From contig NC_068981.1 of assembly GCF_001194135.2 (NCBI RefSeq), forward strand, positions 177,173,889-177,235,095: 61,207 bases of DNA, in the 5' to 3' direction. Shown here one piece after another: positions 25,111-37,035 of this stretch. A program made the translations under genes and the position numbers. Position 1 is the stretch's first letter, and every line of letters begins with the position of its first letter. A model generated the notes under the pieces. The model was not told the origin of the DNA and made no database searches. It was given only the letters and a program-made list of their open reading frames with translations. This DNA comes from Octopus bimaculoides. Taxonomy: Eukaryota.

Positions 25111-27084
25111 TCATTGACAGATCCATTTTTGATAAGGACCCGTAACAGTAGGTTGAGGATCTATAGATTGAGTGATCACGGTGTCTGTTGTTCGAGTTAC
25201 AGTATGTTTAATCGCTGTCTCCCACATATACTTGTACTGAGCAGGGCTCTCTGCCACTGTTGTCTCTTCCTTTTTACGCCTTTTCTTACTTCCAGGTTTC
25301 AACTCCTCACTTGGAAGGGGAATGTTTTTATTTGTCTCTTCTTTCATCTTTTGTAGTCGTTTCTGACGCTGTAATTCAAGCTTACGTTCGTTCTCATACC
25401 AGCCATGGTAACGTAAATTCATACTTTTGTGTTGATAAAATACTAGGCTAATTCGTGTTGGTGAAAATCTGTTAGGATTCAGAAGAGCAGTTGTTGCATG
25501 CAACTCTCGTTTAGCAACTTCAAATAGCACAGAACCATGTGTTAATGCAATAGCAACACCTCCAATATCTGGATCTCTGAAGTTTTGTTCATTGAACTCA
25601 AGCTCAGAGCTGATTAGTTCGGTACTGTTGGCATTCAAATGGCCAAGAGAGTCTGCCATTGATCCATCAGCTGGTAAAAATGGCGTACTTAATGATGGCG
25701 TTGAAGTGAGGTTTTTAGAATTTGAAGGAGAATAAGATGAAACACTAGTTTGGCATAAATTACTATTGACTTTATCAAAAATATCTTTCCTATCAAAATT
25801 AGAACTAAGAGATGATAGTCTGGAATGTTGGTCTTTTGATAAATCTAATGGTATATTAGCATTTGAACATGAATTTCTAGATAGATGGTTAGAAAAATTT
25901 ACAGCATTCTGATTGGCAGCACCCATAACAGCAGCTGATAATTCTGTATTTGGAGCTGGCTTTCTTGGAGTTGATATATTCACACCAGCTTGTGACTGGG
26001 GTGAAACTGTTCGGGATTTTTCTACAGCAGTCTGGCTCCGAATCATAACTGCTTCAGATAACAAGTGTAGAGGAGACTCAAAGTCATCTGATGTTAAACT
26101 AGATGCAGAGAAGGGACGCTTACTGTCTTTAACATTAGAGTTAACAAAAGGGACATTACATACTGATCCTGTTGGCAATAAGACATCAGTTGACATTTTC
26201 TTTAGACCCTCATAGGTTTTAGGGAGATCAATGTTTCTAAACTGCTGATGCAATGAAGGATCTAACAGACCATCTTTGCCAATAGCTGCTGATTGGCTAG
26301 TCAGCATTTTTATAGCTTCAGAATCACCATCCTTCAGAAAATTTGCTGGAGGGAATGTACCATGAGAATATAAATATTTACAAAACTGATTGTACGTGTT
26401 TTCATTATTTGACTGTGCATTTGTTGGGGGTTTTAAAGGAGCAGCATTATTCACTGACTGATCATTTGAATTTTTGTTACTCTCTTCTACTGACCCAACT
26501 TTAAATGATGATGATTGTGCTAGTGGTGTTGATGATGAAGAAGATAATGATGTATTTAATGATGATGAGGATGATGGTGATGACAATGATGCTTGAGGTG
26601 GTGCTGTTGATGATAATGCCGATGCTGCAGATGATGGTGATGGTGATGATGATGACGATATATTATTTACTGTGCTGTTCTGTAATAAGTTAATTTTATT
26701 AACGATGTTCTTATATCCAGAGATATTTGCCATGGCATTCTGAGGAAGATTAGAACAAAGGTTAGATTTAGCATTGGTAGCAGCTTGAGACATAAGATTT
26801 GCATTCTTTGAATTCAAAAAAGTTGCTTTTCTAGGTGAACTCATACGAGAATTGACTCTTTTGTTAGAAGGACTATCTTTCTTATTCTTCCCTTTACGTT
26901 TAGGTGTTACTGGAGAAGCGCGAACATGTGCATACTTGGGATAGTTTGAGAGAATCTCAACGCATCCTTTCTTCAATTTATCTTCAAAGTTTTTATCTTT
27001 GAGATCCAAAATATAAAGGGGCAAAACATGTAGTTGTTCTTCAGCTGGTTTTTCTAGAGGTCCATGTTTTGTCAAAGTTACAAC
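25111..27084 (-). CDS. TET: TET last coding exon (1974 nt): DSBH part, low-complexity insert, HGSVLFEVAKRELH...RISLVFYQH, KKRRKK NLS-like stretch, C-terminal VTGPYQKWICQ*
   Basis: 654-aa ORF 25111..27075. Acceptor atttaatag|GTT at 27085/27084. EQLHVLPLY, GGVAIALTHGS and RISLVFYQHK motifs. Stop TGA at 25113-25111. Confidence 0.98.
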   Translation of the reverse strand, partial: VVTLTKHGPLEKPAEEQLHVLPLYILDLKDKNFEDKLKKGCVEILSNYPKYAHVRASPVTPKRKGKNKKDSPSNKRVNSRMSSPRKATFLNSKNANLMSQAATNAKSNLCSNLPQNAMANISGYKNIVNKINLLQNSTVNNISSSSSPSPSSAASALSSTAPPQASLSSPSSSSSLNTSLSSSSSTPLAQSSSFKVGSVEESNKNSNDQSVNNAAPLKPPTNAQSNNENTYNQFCKYLYSHGTFPPANFLKDGDSEAIKMLTSQSAAIGKDGLLDPSLHQQFRNIDLPKTYEGLKKMSTDVLLPTGSVCNVPFVNSNVKDSKRPFSASSLTSDDFESPLHLLSEAVMIRSQTAVEKSRTVSPQSQAGVNISTPRKPAPNTELSAAVMGAANQNAVNFSNHLSRNSCSNANIPLDLSKDQHSRLSSLSSNFDRKDIFDKVNSNLCQTSVSSYSPSNSKNLTSTPSLSTPFLPADGSMADSLGHLNANSTELISSELEFNEQNFRDPDIGGVAIALTHGSVLFEVAKRELHATTALLNPNRFSPTRISLVFYQHKSMNLRYHGWYENERKLELQRQKRLQKMKEETNKNIPLPSEELKPGSKKRRKKEETTVAESPAQYKYMWETAIKHTVTRTTDTVITQSIDPQPTVTGPYQKWICQ

Positions 27085-27963
27085 CTATTAAATATAATTG
27101 AAGAAAAATTATTACTGATGATATATATAAAGAAAGAAAGGAGTAACAATATATATTTTATAGAAACTAATTTATTCTCAATTTTGAAATAGATATATTA
27201 CAAAAGACTCAATTTGCCTCTTATGTTTTTCATTATATTTTTAACTATAGATGAAAAACTAAATAAGATTTCAAAACAGATATTTTATTTTAAATCAAAA
27301 TGAAATATATTTCTTTTAAAAGGAATATTTCTAGGTATGTTATTTAAATGTCTTTGCTTATTACCTATTTTAGCCCCAATTGGCTCCACTTTAAGAGAAA
27401 TCTTCCATTTTGGCATTGATACTCAATTATTGGGTGTAATTAAAAACTGTTGCATATCAAAATTGAATATTATACAAAATAGAGGGAGAATTCACAAAAA
27501 AAACAAAAGATGAGGACAGGTGCTGTAGACAACAAACAGATGTATTAGTTTAATGTTTCGAGTCTACGCTCTTCCACAGAAAGGAACACAGAAAGAAACA
27601 AGGAGAGAAAATAAAGAATGTGTAGTGGCTAGTGACCTATCTATTATACAAAATAGTTATTCTAATTTAATAAAATATATTTTCCTATATATTTTACATA
27701 TCTTTTACATGAAAACTTCAAACTTTTAATATGATTACCATTTTTAGACAGTAAGCTTCATCTTTAGTTATAATTTTTTTTTTTTAACACTTACAATATA
27801 ATGTTTCTCTTAGTTCAAACTCTGATCATCATCAGATGTAATACCTGTCGGAATTCAAACAAGGAATCTTTATTTCTAAACTATGGATAAATAATGCTGT
27901 TATCCACTTGGCCACTAATGCATGTAAATATTAAAATAATTTGAAGATGGTGATGATATTTAC

Positions 27964-28116
27964 CACAGTGCATCCATTGTTCATATTGTGTAAATCTTTA
28001 TGTGAATGGGCACAAAAGTCCACACAGGCAGTCACACCAGAAAATGGCCGTGAAGGTTTTGAATTTTCATCCCGATAACCAAGGCGACATTCATAACCAC
28101 TGTCTTCAAAAAATAC
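27964..28116 (-). CDS. TET: TET exon (153 nt) with the Fe-binding HxD: [51 protein letters not shown]
   Basis: Not in the supplied ORF track; translated by hand. Acceptor cattaaaacag|GTA, donor GTG|gtaaat, phase 0->0. Confidence 0.97.
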
Positions 28117-28662
28117 CTGTTTTAATGAAAAGATAAAGGAAGTTGTTTTGTCATTAAATAATTAAACCCTACATATTGTTTATATCCTTTGAAAACATTT
28201 TTAAGAGTAATTTATAAAAATAAATTTATTCATAACTCATTTTCCTAAAATATGTACCAATTAATCTCAAAAACCTTTACACATATAAGTATAGAAAATC
28301 AATCAAATTGAGTAATTCAGCTCATATCAATAGCTATTGCAAAATTTGATATTTTTTTACTTCTTATAACATACTGCTTTTGAATATATCTTCAAAAGGA
28401 ATCATTCAAAGCTATTGCGTCATGGTGAGATAACAATGACAATCAAAATGGCCACATTGTTATTGCACATATCATGTCCAATCACATTGTGATTAAAATG
28501 TTTGCAAATTCTCAATTTGATTTAATTAATTATTCCATCCTAGAGTGGAGGTGATATTTCTTAGTCAGTGAGCATAACTGTACATATTAGTACAAAGCAA
28601 AGATTTATAATAAACTTTAATTAGAGCTGAATGATTATAAAAAATTGTAGATGATTCTTTAC

Positions 28663-28752
28663 CTGGTTGTTGTAGGATTCAGGTGCCACTGATTTATATA
28701 ATGGAGCAAGTCTTGTTGCTAAACTCTGGAATTTATTTTCTGCAACTTCATC
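28663..28752 (-). CDS. TET: TET exon (90 nt): DEVAENKFQSLATRLAPLYKSVAPESYNNQ
   Basis: Lies within ORF 28621..28836. Acceptor attcatttcag|GAT, donor CAG|gtaaag, phase 0->0. Confidence 0.96.
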
Positions 28753-29597
28753 CTGAAATGAATAGGCAACAATATACCACAAGTTTATGTTTGTAAATAG
28801 AGAGGGATTATAGTCAATTGTTTGAATCTGGTACATTATTGTATCTTATTGGTACTTAATTGATTGACCAAGAAACATGTAAAGTAAAGTTGATCTGGGG
28901 AAGATTTGATCTAACAATGATGAAACAACAGATATAATAAAGCATCTAACTGGCTCTTTACTATCTGTGCCAAATGTCTTCATAACAAACAATTTTTTAC
29001 ATCAGCACAAGTCCATGGTTGTCTGGTAGAAAAACAGTAAACTGAATGAATCCACAATATCTAATGGGTATACGTTTTATCAGCATCACAATGACAAAAG
29101 TTACAAGTGACTCTGTCAGGATTTGAACTCAAAACATAAGGGCACAAAAAAAAATTACTGTAGATTTAGTATTCTGCCATTTTGTAATTGCATTTCCTTT
29201 ATTAACATTTTGATACTAATCTGTCTGAGACCATCTTTGGTCCTATGATACAAACTATCTGTTTTAAAGTGATCTAAATTAAAACATTCCATCAACATTT
29301 CAAAGTAATTTAGGTTCCAACATAATGACAAAGAAACTTTACTAAATCCTTCATCAAATTCAAATTAATTGAAATAAAGCCAGTATATTTCAACAGAAAT
29401 ACAACGATAAAATGGTTAAGACAAATGACAATTTCTAACTTCAAGGTAAGTAGTGTTGGTGTTTTGGTACTGATGAACAGAACTCATTTGTGAAAACAAC
29501 ATTGAGTAATGTCTATTTCTCCAGGTGCAATATTTAAGCATTAAATGTTTTCACTTTCTTAAATGGACAGAACAACAGAGACTAACAGTGTCTTCCA

Positions 29598-30525
29598 TAC
29601 TGCAGGTGGTATCAAAAGGTTCCCAGACTAGTTCTGTAGTGTACCAACAGATGGCAGCACACAGTTGCATGAGCAGTGAGAGCTAGCAATCACCTTCATG
29701 AGGCAGTGTGTTGAGTGACATTGTTGTGCTTACTTCACAAGTAGTGAAATTTGTGTTTTTGTGATCACATGTATGCTGTAGTCTGCGATTTTATCATGGA
29801 CAGAAACAAAGAACCAACGTGAAATTTTGTGTTAAACTTGGAAAGTCTGCCACAGAGACATTGAGCATGCTTTAGCAAGCTTACAGTGATGAGGCAGTGG
29901 GTCGTATGCGATGTTTTGAGTGGCACAGGTGCTTCAAAAGTAGAAGAATGTCCTTGGAAGATGATGAGTGATCTGGAAGACCTGCCATGAGTGTCACCCT
30001 CGGAAATATGGTATTGTGCATCAAGAATTCATTCCCCCAGAGCCAGACCATCAACCAAGAGTTCTACTGCACCATTTTGAAGTGTCTGTGGGAGGACATT
30101 TGGCAAAAGTAACTGCATCTGGTGGAGTGCAAAGAATTGGATTCTTCATGACAACAATGCATCCTGTGACTGAGCTCTCCTTACTCATGAGTTTCTCGCC
30201 AAAGACAACATGGCATCACTTCCACACCCACCCTATTCACCAGATTTAGCACCTGCAAACTGCCATCTCTTTCTCAAGATGAAAATGCAGCTCAAACATC
30301 ACCACTTTAACACCATTGTCAAGATCTAGAGCGAATCACAGAAGGTCCTCAACTTGCTTACGGAAAACAACTTCCAGGCTGGATTCCAAAAATGACAGGA
30401 ATGCTTGGGCCATTGTATTGCTGCACAAGGTGACTATTTCAAAGGAGATGATGTTAAAACTTGAGTAAATAAGTTATTTTTCATCAACCATAACTAATCT
30501 GTGAACATTTTGATACCATCTCATA
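29598..30525 (+). mobile_element. Internally deleted mariner (~930 nt) in a TET intron
   Basis: Imperfect TIRs: caggtggtatcaaaaggttcccagactagtt vs reverse complement gagatggtatcaaaatgttcacagattagtt. HTH part KFCVKLGKSATETLSML is fused to GIVHQEFIP..PHPPYSPDLAPAN. Confidence 0.85.
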
Positions 30526-32121
30526 TATTTCACATGAATAATATATTCTAAATAAAGAAGGAGAGACAAAAATGTCTACTTTTCCATTGAGAAAAGCAAG
30601 TAAACTGACTAATACTACAGTTACTTTGAAGCCACAATCACTCCTAATCGACCTAGCTAAACATGCTTTAACTTTTTATTGCATGCTTGAATGTGTAGCA
30701 ATTCCTTCATTTACAACAGGTGGCATTTAAAAATGAAAAATCATAGTTTCATTTTTGTATATTTGCTTTGGTTTGCAAGACATAAAAACATTTCCAATCC
30801 AGCCCTTCAAAAAAGTTTTATAACCTTTGATCTACTAACTTAACTTTACAACCATTTGGCATCTGTGTGCGCACACATAAGCACATTGATGTCTTTGTTT
30901 ACTTTTTTCTGCATGTATACACTTTTTGTAACCAAGATAAAAACTAGTCACTGTTCCTTGTCAGTTAGACAACAATACGTGTAGATTCATATGATTCTCA
31001 ATGTTACATTAGTTGACTTGTAAGACCCTTGCAACAGGATGAATGATCAACTGAAGTTTATTTTATACATATATAAAATAAAAATATGAGTCTATTTTAT
31101 ATATTTATTGACATTGTCAGAATCAGGTGTGCAGTTTGCGAAATAAACCAGTCAACTCTAGCTTTCTGAAATCCAACTTTAAAGTTTGGTCTTGTGACAG
31201 TTAATATGCAATCAAGTGATCCTATGATTATGGCTACAAATGTGAAGGTATAGTCTGTATGGTTCTAATGTTTGTGAGATATTTTTTTCAGTTATTTGAA
31301 AAGTATGCTAATGTCCACAACAATACAAATATCCAGTTTTATTTTTCTTGTAGTGAAAGCTTATTACATTTTCAGTTTTTTACACATTGTGATTCATACA
31401 TTTTATCATTTTCTTTTATATTCCAGATCATAGTAGGCTATGATAGTAAACTCATTGTGATTATGTATTTAGAACTAGGTCGACCAACCTAGAACACATT
31501 CACAGTACAGTGCTTGTAAAAGGATATAAAATACTGACCCTTTGGTTAGAGCCTAGTCTCCTATCAATCAGGCAGTCATAATTCTCATATATAATTGGCC
31601 AAAGTAATACTTTTTCAGATTAACTGTTACTTTTGTAACAATTGTAGTGAATAAAATTCGCTTCCCCAAAATCTCCCAGGTTAGTTTTCTTCGGAAACAG
31701 TACATTAAGAGTAGCATCTCATGACCTTTCTTCCACAGATAAGCTTTTAACTTTACTGCATATATTAGAAGCAGCCCAACATTATGAAAACATTGTGTTC
31801 CTGAAAAATCTTGTTGTAATGTGGAATTCACTTCCATATTAAATGGAAGTAAATGAACATGAAAATCATATTAAATATGTTCCGAGTTACAGAATTACAC
31901 ACTACAACAATACTTCCATAATATATGGGATACTTGTATAATACATGGGATATCTATATTTTTCAGTTACCCAAATTCAAATAACATATTAAGTACAATC
32001 ACAGAATATATACAACCTAGTATGTGTATTTTACATAAATTTAAACTATTAAATATCTTACAGTATCTGCAAACCTTGTATCTAAAAAAATGCAGTTCAT
32101 AATTGATCCAAATGAACTTAC

Positions 32122-32266
32122 CAATACTGTATCTTTCAGTCTAAACTTTTTAGCATCCTTACTTCGAGCAAATTTACATCCATTGAAATACATACTCCAA
32201 GAGCACCCGAAAGAAAAAGAAGCACCTCTTTTTTGTATATCCATACCTTGACAAGCACAGGTTTTT
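32122..32266 (-). CDS. TET: TET exon (145 nt): [48 protein letters not shown]
   Basis: Lies within ORF 32041..32394. Acceptor ttttacttcag|A, donor TTG|gtaagt, phase 2->0. [23 protein letters not shown] is a TET signature. Confidence 0.98.
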
Positions 32267-32344
32267 CTGAAGTAAAAGAAAAAAAGCAATAAGTAAATAG
32301 GACTAAATAAATATGCTTTCATATATAGATAAAACTGTATTAGT

Positions 32345-32490
32345 AGTTGTAAGGTTAAGCGGTCAGCTTCACAACCACATGGTCGAGAGTTCAATCTGAT
32401 TATGCAACACTTTAAGCAAATGTCTTTTGCTATTGTCTTAGGATGACCAATACGTTGTGAGTGGAACTTGGTAAATAGAAAGTGTGAGGC
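32345..32490 (+). mobile_element. Diverged partial SINE family A (5' part)
   Basis: gcttcacaaccacatggtcgagagttcaatc..gcaaatgtcttttgctat..ttgtgagtggaacttggta. Confidence 0.6.
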
Positions 32491-35223
32491 TGCTCCAGTT
32501 TTAACACTTGATCTCAGATCAAGTTACTTGCCAGACTAATACAACTACAATATATGCATGTGTAATATCATAGCCAAATAGTCTTTAGTTGACACATGGT
32601 TCAATTCCTGTAGGTGATTTTGTTTACTTTTTTCTGTGTAAGGGGTTTTATCCCATACATTATGAGCCATTATTGCATATAAGCAATGCATGTGTACATA
32701 CACACAATCACATCTTTTATTTACAAAGTTTCTCATATGTATTAATAATAGCTCATGATCTATGGAGCAAAAACCTCTCACACAAAAAAGTGAACGATAA
32801 TTACCCACTGGAATCAAACTACATGTTTACTGTTGACCAAATGGCCATGATATCACACACAGTTGTATATGCACACATGTGTATATGTGTATATCTTTCA
32901 TCAATTTTGATCAGAAAAGGATATAAACCTGAGTGAGAAACGGAAAAACTGGTGACATTCCTTTGTTGCTCTCACCATGAGAAATAAAGTGAACCAGTGG
33001 AAACTCTTAACTAATGTTACTATTTTTTACTAGTTGCAAAATAAATACATCAGCCAAAACAGGATTTTTTTTTATCATTTTAGGAAATGTGAATAGTTCT
33101 TAAATAGTAGTTATATAGAAATTCAGCTGAATTAACTGAACTGATGTTCCATATCTGATAGGATCTATTTTCATTGTCGTTTCCAACTCTGACTGAACAA
33201 ACAAATTCAAAGGCATTCCAACTATGATCGTCCAACCAATAAGAGTATGTAGGATAAGATTCACCAATGTGTCACTTCCTTACTTAACCCATTACCTCCC
33301 ATAATTCTATTAACTGGAATTTTTTTTATGAAACTTTGATTTCTAGCATAAAACAGATTTAGAAGCACGCTGGAATGATCAAAATAACATTTCAAATAGA
33401 AATAAGCGAGATATTGGGTGAAAAATTAGCAAACCTCATTTGAATATCAGAGAAATATACCTAGTAGATATAGCAAAAAGGTTAGATATGTGTAAATATT
33501 GACAGATAATTACGAAATTTGTTATTTTTAAGTGATCTCATATGAGATCACTGGTAGGTAATGGGTTAAGATAGTAGTTTATGGTTTTAGAAAATTGGCT
33601 GCTGTTTCTACCAAGTGAAGCAGTCATTTACAACAGTGGTTCACAACCATATTTTTCATTTTTGGACCCCTACCTCTTTGATTTCTAATACATCAATGTA
33701 TTATCAGTTCAGCTAAAGATACTGTTTGTTTTTTTTTAATGGTTATGTCTGCAGGGAGAGATAGTATATGTGGGTTACTTCATTTAACATGAGAATTGTG
33801 AGCTCTTATTATGTGTGTGCACATATATATATATATGTAACTAAATATGTGTGTGCATGTGCACATGTACATGTATATATATTATATATATATATAAAAT
33901 CAGACAAAGTTTGATAAAGGCAAGAACACCAAAACAGCAAAGATATTGTCAACCCTTTCTTTGTAAAAGTTAATAGATATTTACTCAACTAAAAAGTATT
34001 GAGTAATTCCTCAGTTTAATGTTAAATTTCTTTTACATGTAGCTTGACATTAAAACAAACATTAATATATATACACTCATCATCTGTTTTTTTCCCCATG
34101 CTAGCATAATTTTGGATGGCAAGTTATCTGAGCTAAGAATTTATGGCTGGATGCTCTTCCTGTCACCAACCCATACTAATTTTCATATAAGGGAGTTTTA
34201 TATTCCAGAAATCTTCAAAAGAGCAAAGCAACCAGATATAATGTCAACAAAGAATGTCAATAATATCACCATTACTTCACCACTCAATTGGTGGCAGTAC
34301 ATGAAATATCAACATTTACATACATTCACACAAATCCATGCATGTGAACATAATAGGCACTTACATAATAGGCACTTACATAATAGGCATTCATTGATAG
34401 GCAGCTGTAAGATCACTGCTTTTTGTTTTAGTTGCAGTTCAAGTCAGAGTTTTAGGTGTAAGTTAACTTGAGAGTACTTGTAATAGTTACATACAATTGT
34501 ATGTACGTATTGCATGACATCAGTAGATGGAATATTACCTGATCTTTCTCCCTATAAAAATACACACACATATAGTTAACATATTACTAAGTGTAACTCT
34601 TATTTTTATTCTCGAACAATTGTTGTTTAGATTTGATCTGTCCAGATCAAGCAAACCTAAAAACAAAGGTGTCCCAGTCATGTATTTAGAACTTTTATCA
34701 GACAGTGTATCTAGGAATAAATTATCCAATGTCTTCTGATTTTAAGATAATATGAAGTGATTCACAATAATGCTACTCTAGCAGTTTGTGTGACTCTATA
34801 GAGTACCCCACTACTACACTGGCTTCCCTTTTTACAGCATTAGCTTATTTCTTGATAGTTTCTGTTGTAGATTAGTCCAGAGCAAGCCAAGTCAACAGAC
34901 AGAATGGCCAAAGGCTTTCCAGCTATGGCCATCCTGTCCTTTTAAGAGTATCTAGGACTACATTATTAAACTACAGCTTAAAATCTCAGAAAGGAGAGAA
35001 TACATTTAATAATGTATTCTTTCTTTTTGAGATGGTAAGATGTAGTTTGAGAGATACTTGGTTGAATTTTCTAGTAGGTTGAGCAACTACCTAGAGGCTC
35101 CATTGTTAGTTCAAAGGCTCCCATACAGATAATATGATATGGCATGACTAATCTACACTCAGACTGTTGTTAAGGCAATAGGTCACACAGACTGATATGA
35201 AAACTAATTACAAAATTACATAC

Positions 35224-35432
35224 TGTTCATTGTATCCACAGCGTCGATCAGTTTCTAAACCAAACTCTGTCAATGTTGGCACTAGGTAGGAATACATCTC
35301 ATTTGCTATGCTGTTTGGAATACCTTCCCAGGCTACAACGCATATTATGAGGCAAGCAGTTTCACAAAAATGTCCCTGTCGGTGTCTGACAAGACAGAGA
35401 ACTTTCTCTTCGACCCCAGATCTGCGGACAAT
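35224..35432 (-). CDS. TET: TET exon (209 nt): IVRRSGVEEKVLCLVRHRQGHFC...WEGIP...DRRCGYNEQ
   Basis: Acceptor tttaatttcag|ATT, donor CA|gtatgt, phase 0->2. Contains Zn ligands H-x-C and the RRC motif (TET2 R1261 equivalent). Confidence 0.97.
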
Positions 35433-35601
35433 CTGAAATTAAATGATAGCAAAGTAAAAAATATTGTAGTGAGACAATAATAATATTTTGTGATTTCTGA
35501 TTAAAACTAAATGGTACATATGTTATAGATATTGCTAACTGTTATAACTGCAGGCACCAGTGTTATTTATACTGATAGTATCCAAACTACTACTAATTGT
35601 T

Positions 35602-35715
35602 GTAGTAGTAGTAGTAGTAGTAGTAGCGGTGGTGGTAGTGGTGGTGGTGGCGGCAATGGCGGCAGCAGTAGCAACAGTAGTAGTAGTAGTAGGAAGAGGA
35701 GGAGGAGGAGGGAAG
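35602..35715. repeat. Compound triplet microsatellite (AGT)n(GGT)n(GGC/AGC)n(AGT)n(AGG)n
   Basis: Read directly; explains the low-complexity ORFs at 35532-35822. Confidence 0.95.
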
Positions 35716-35879
35716 ATGGTACTATAAGTATAAGAGGTACAAGTACTTCTTGTGATGTTGTTATCAACACACTGATACCAATAACATAAATACAGCAAGT
35801 GCTTGTATTGATAATGCATCACAACAACCTAATAAACAAATTTAGAGATTATGATTGTATTAATCTGTTCGCTCTAAAC

Positions 35880-36153
35880 CAAGGATTTTCAACTGGGGTT
35901 CATATGGCCATTGGGGGGTCCATATAAGATTTTTTTTTTTTTGTTAGACTTTATGTGCAATGAAATTGGTAACATTTCTACAATACATAAAATATTTCAA
36001 CAAATTTTTTTTATGCAATTTCTAGTAATATTCAATTATAAAAATATAACAGGATTTTACTTAAACATGAAATGACTATGGGGGAGGGGGGGTCCAGTAG
36101 AGTAAAATAGAAATCAAAGGGGTCCATAGGCAAAAAAGGGTTGAGAACAACTG
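35880..36153. mobile_element. hAT (Charlie/Buster-type) MITE, 274 nt
   Basis: Ends caaggattttcaact / ggttgagaacaactg. 8-bp TSD ctctaaac (35872-35879) / atctaaac (36154-36161) with central TA. Confidence 0.75.
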
Positions 36154-36237
36154 ATCTAAACTATGGTTTCTACTTAGAAGATATTGTAACTATTAATCGA
36201 AATCGAACTAAATTTGTAGGAACACTAAACTTTAGGG

Positions 36238-36683
36238 CAAGCGAAATTGTGATGGCATCTGTACCAGTCGAGCACTAAGAGCACTGTCCGAGCGTGATCG
36301 TTGCCAGAGCAGCTGTCTGGCTTCCGTGCCCGTGGCACGTAAATAGCACCAGTGTGATCGTTACCTGGCATGTGAAAAGACATTCGAGCTAGATCGTCGC
36401 CAGTGCTGATGGACTGGCTCCTGTGCAGGTGGCATGTAAAATACACCATTTTGAACGTGGCCATTGCCAGTACCGCCTGACTGGCCTTCGTGCCGGTAGC
36501 ATGTAAAAGCACCCACTACACTCTCAGAGTGGTTGGCATTAGGAAGGGCATCCAGCTGTAGAAACTCTGCCAAATCAGATTGGAGCCTGGTGTAGCCATC
36601 TGGTTCGCCAGTCCTCTGTCAAATCGTCCAACCCATGCTAGCATGGAAAACGGACGTTAAACGATGATGATGATGATGATGAT
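36238..36683 (+). mobile_element. RTE-LINE 3'UTR-only copy with (GAT)n tail
   Basis: Homologous to 5930-6402 (inverted) and 51350-51587. Confidence 0.85.
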
Positions 36684-37035
36684 AAGTCAGCTCTGACATA
36701 AAGGAATTCATAGCTTTTAGAGGTCTTTGTTTTTTTTTTTAGAAACTTCAGAAGAGGTATGTTAGTTACAGGTGTAACAGTTTTAACCATAAGTTTACTT
36801 ACTCAGAGCTGACCTGAGACTAAACAACAATTTCCAGTCCACCCCTTAATTGTTTGCAGTCATCAAATTACCTAAATCTTTTGCTGCCCAACCATTATCT
36901 AAATCACAGACCCAAATGACTTCCTAGCCATTGCCTTTGGTGTGTCCCTCATTAGCTCTTGTTATAATAAAACTTTTCAATATCTTTCTTCCAGGTCTAT
37001 TTAAACAAAAGGACTTTCTTGTAGAAAGTAGACAC

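Noticed and set aside
25114-26693. Plus-strand ORFs opposite the TET last exon (including the Met/Val-rich 26505..26693)
   Set aside because: Antisense shadows of a long coding exon and of the TCA repeat.
34346-34392. 15-nt unit x3 (cataataggcactta); also a 21-nt unit x2 near 37895-37935
   Set aside because: Head-to-tail slippage repeats without spacers; not CRISPR-like.
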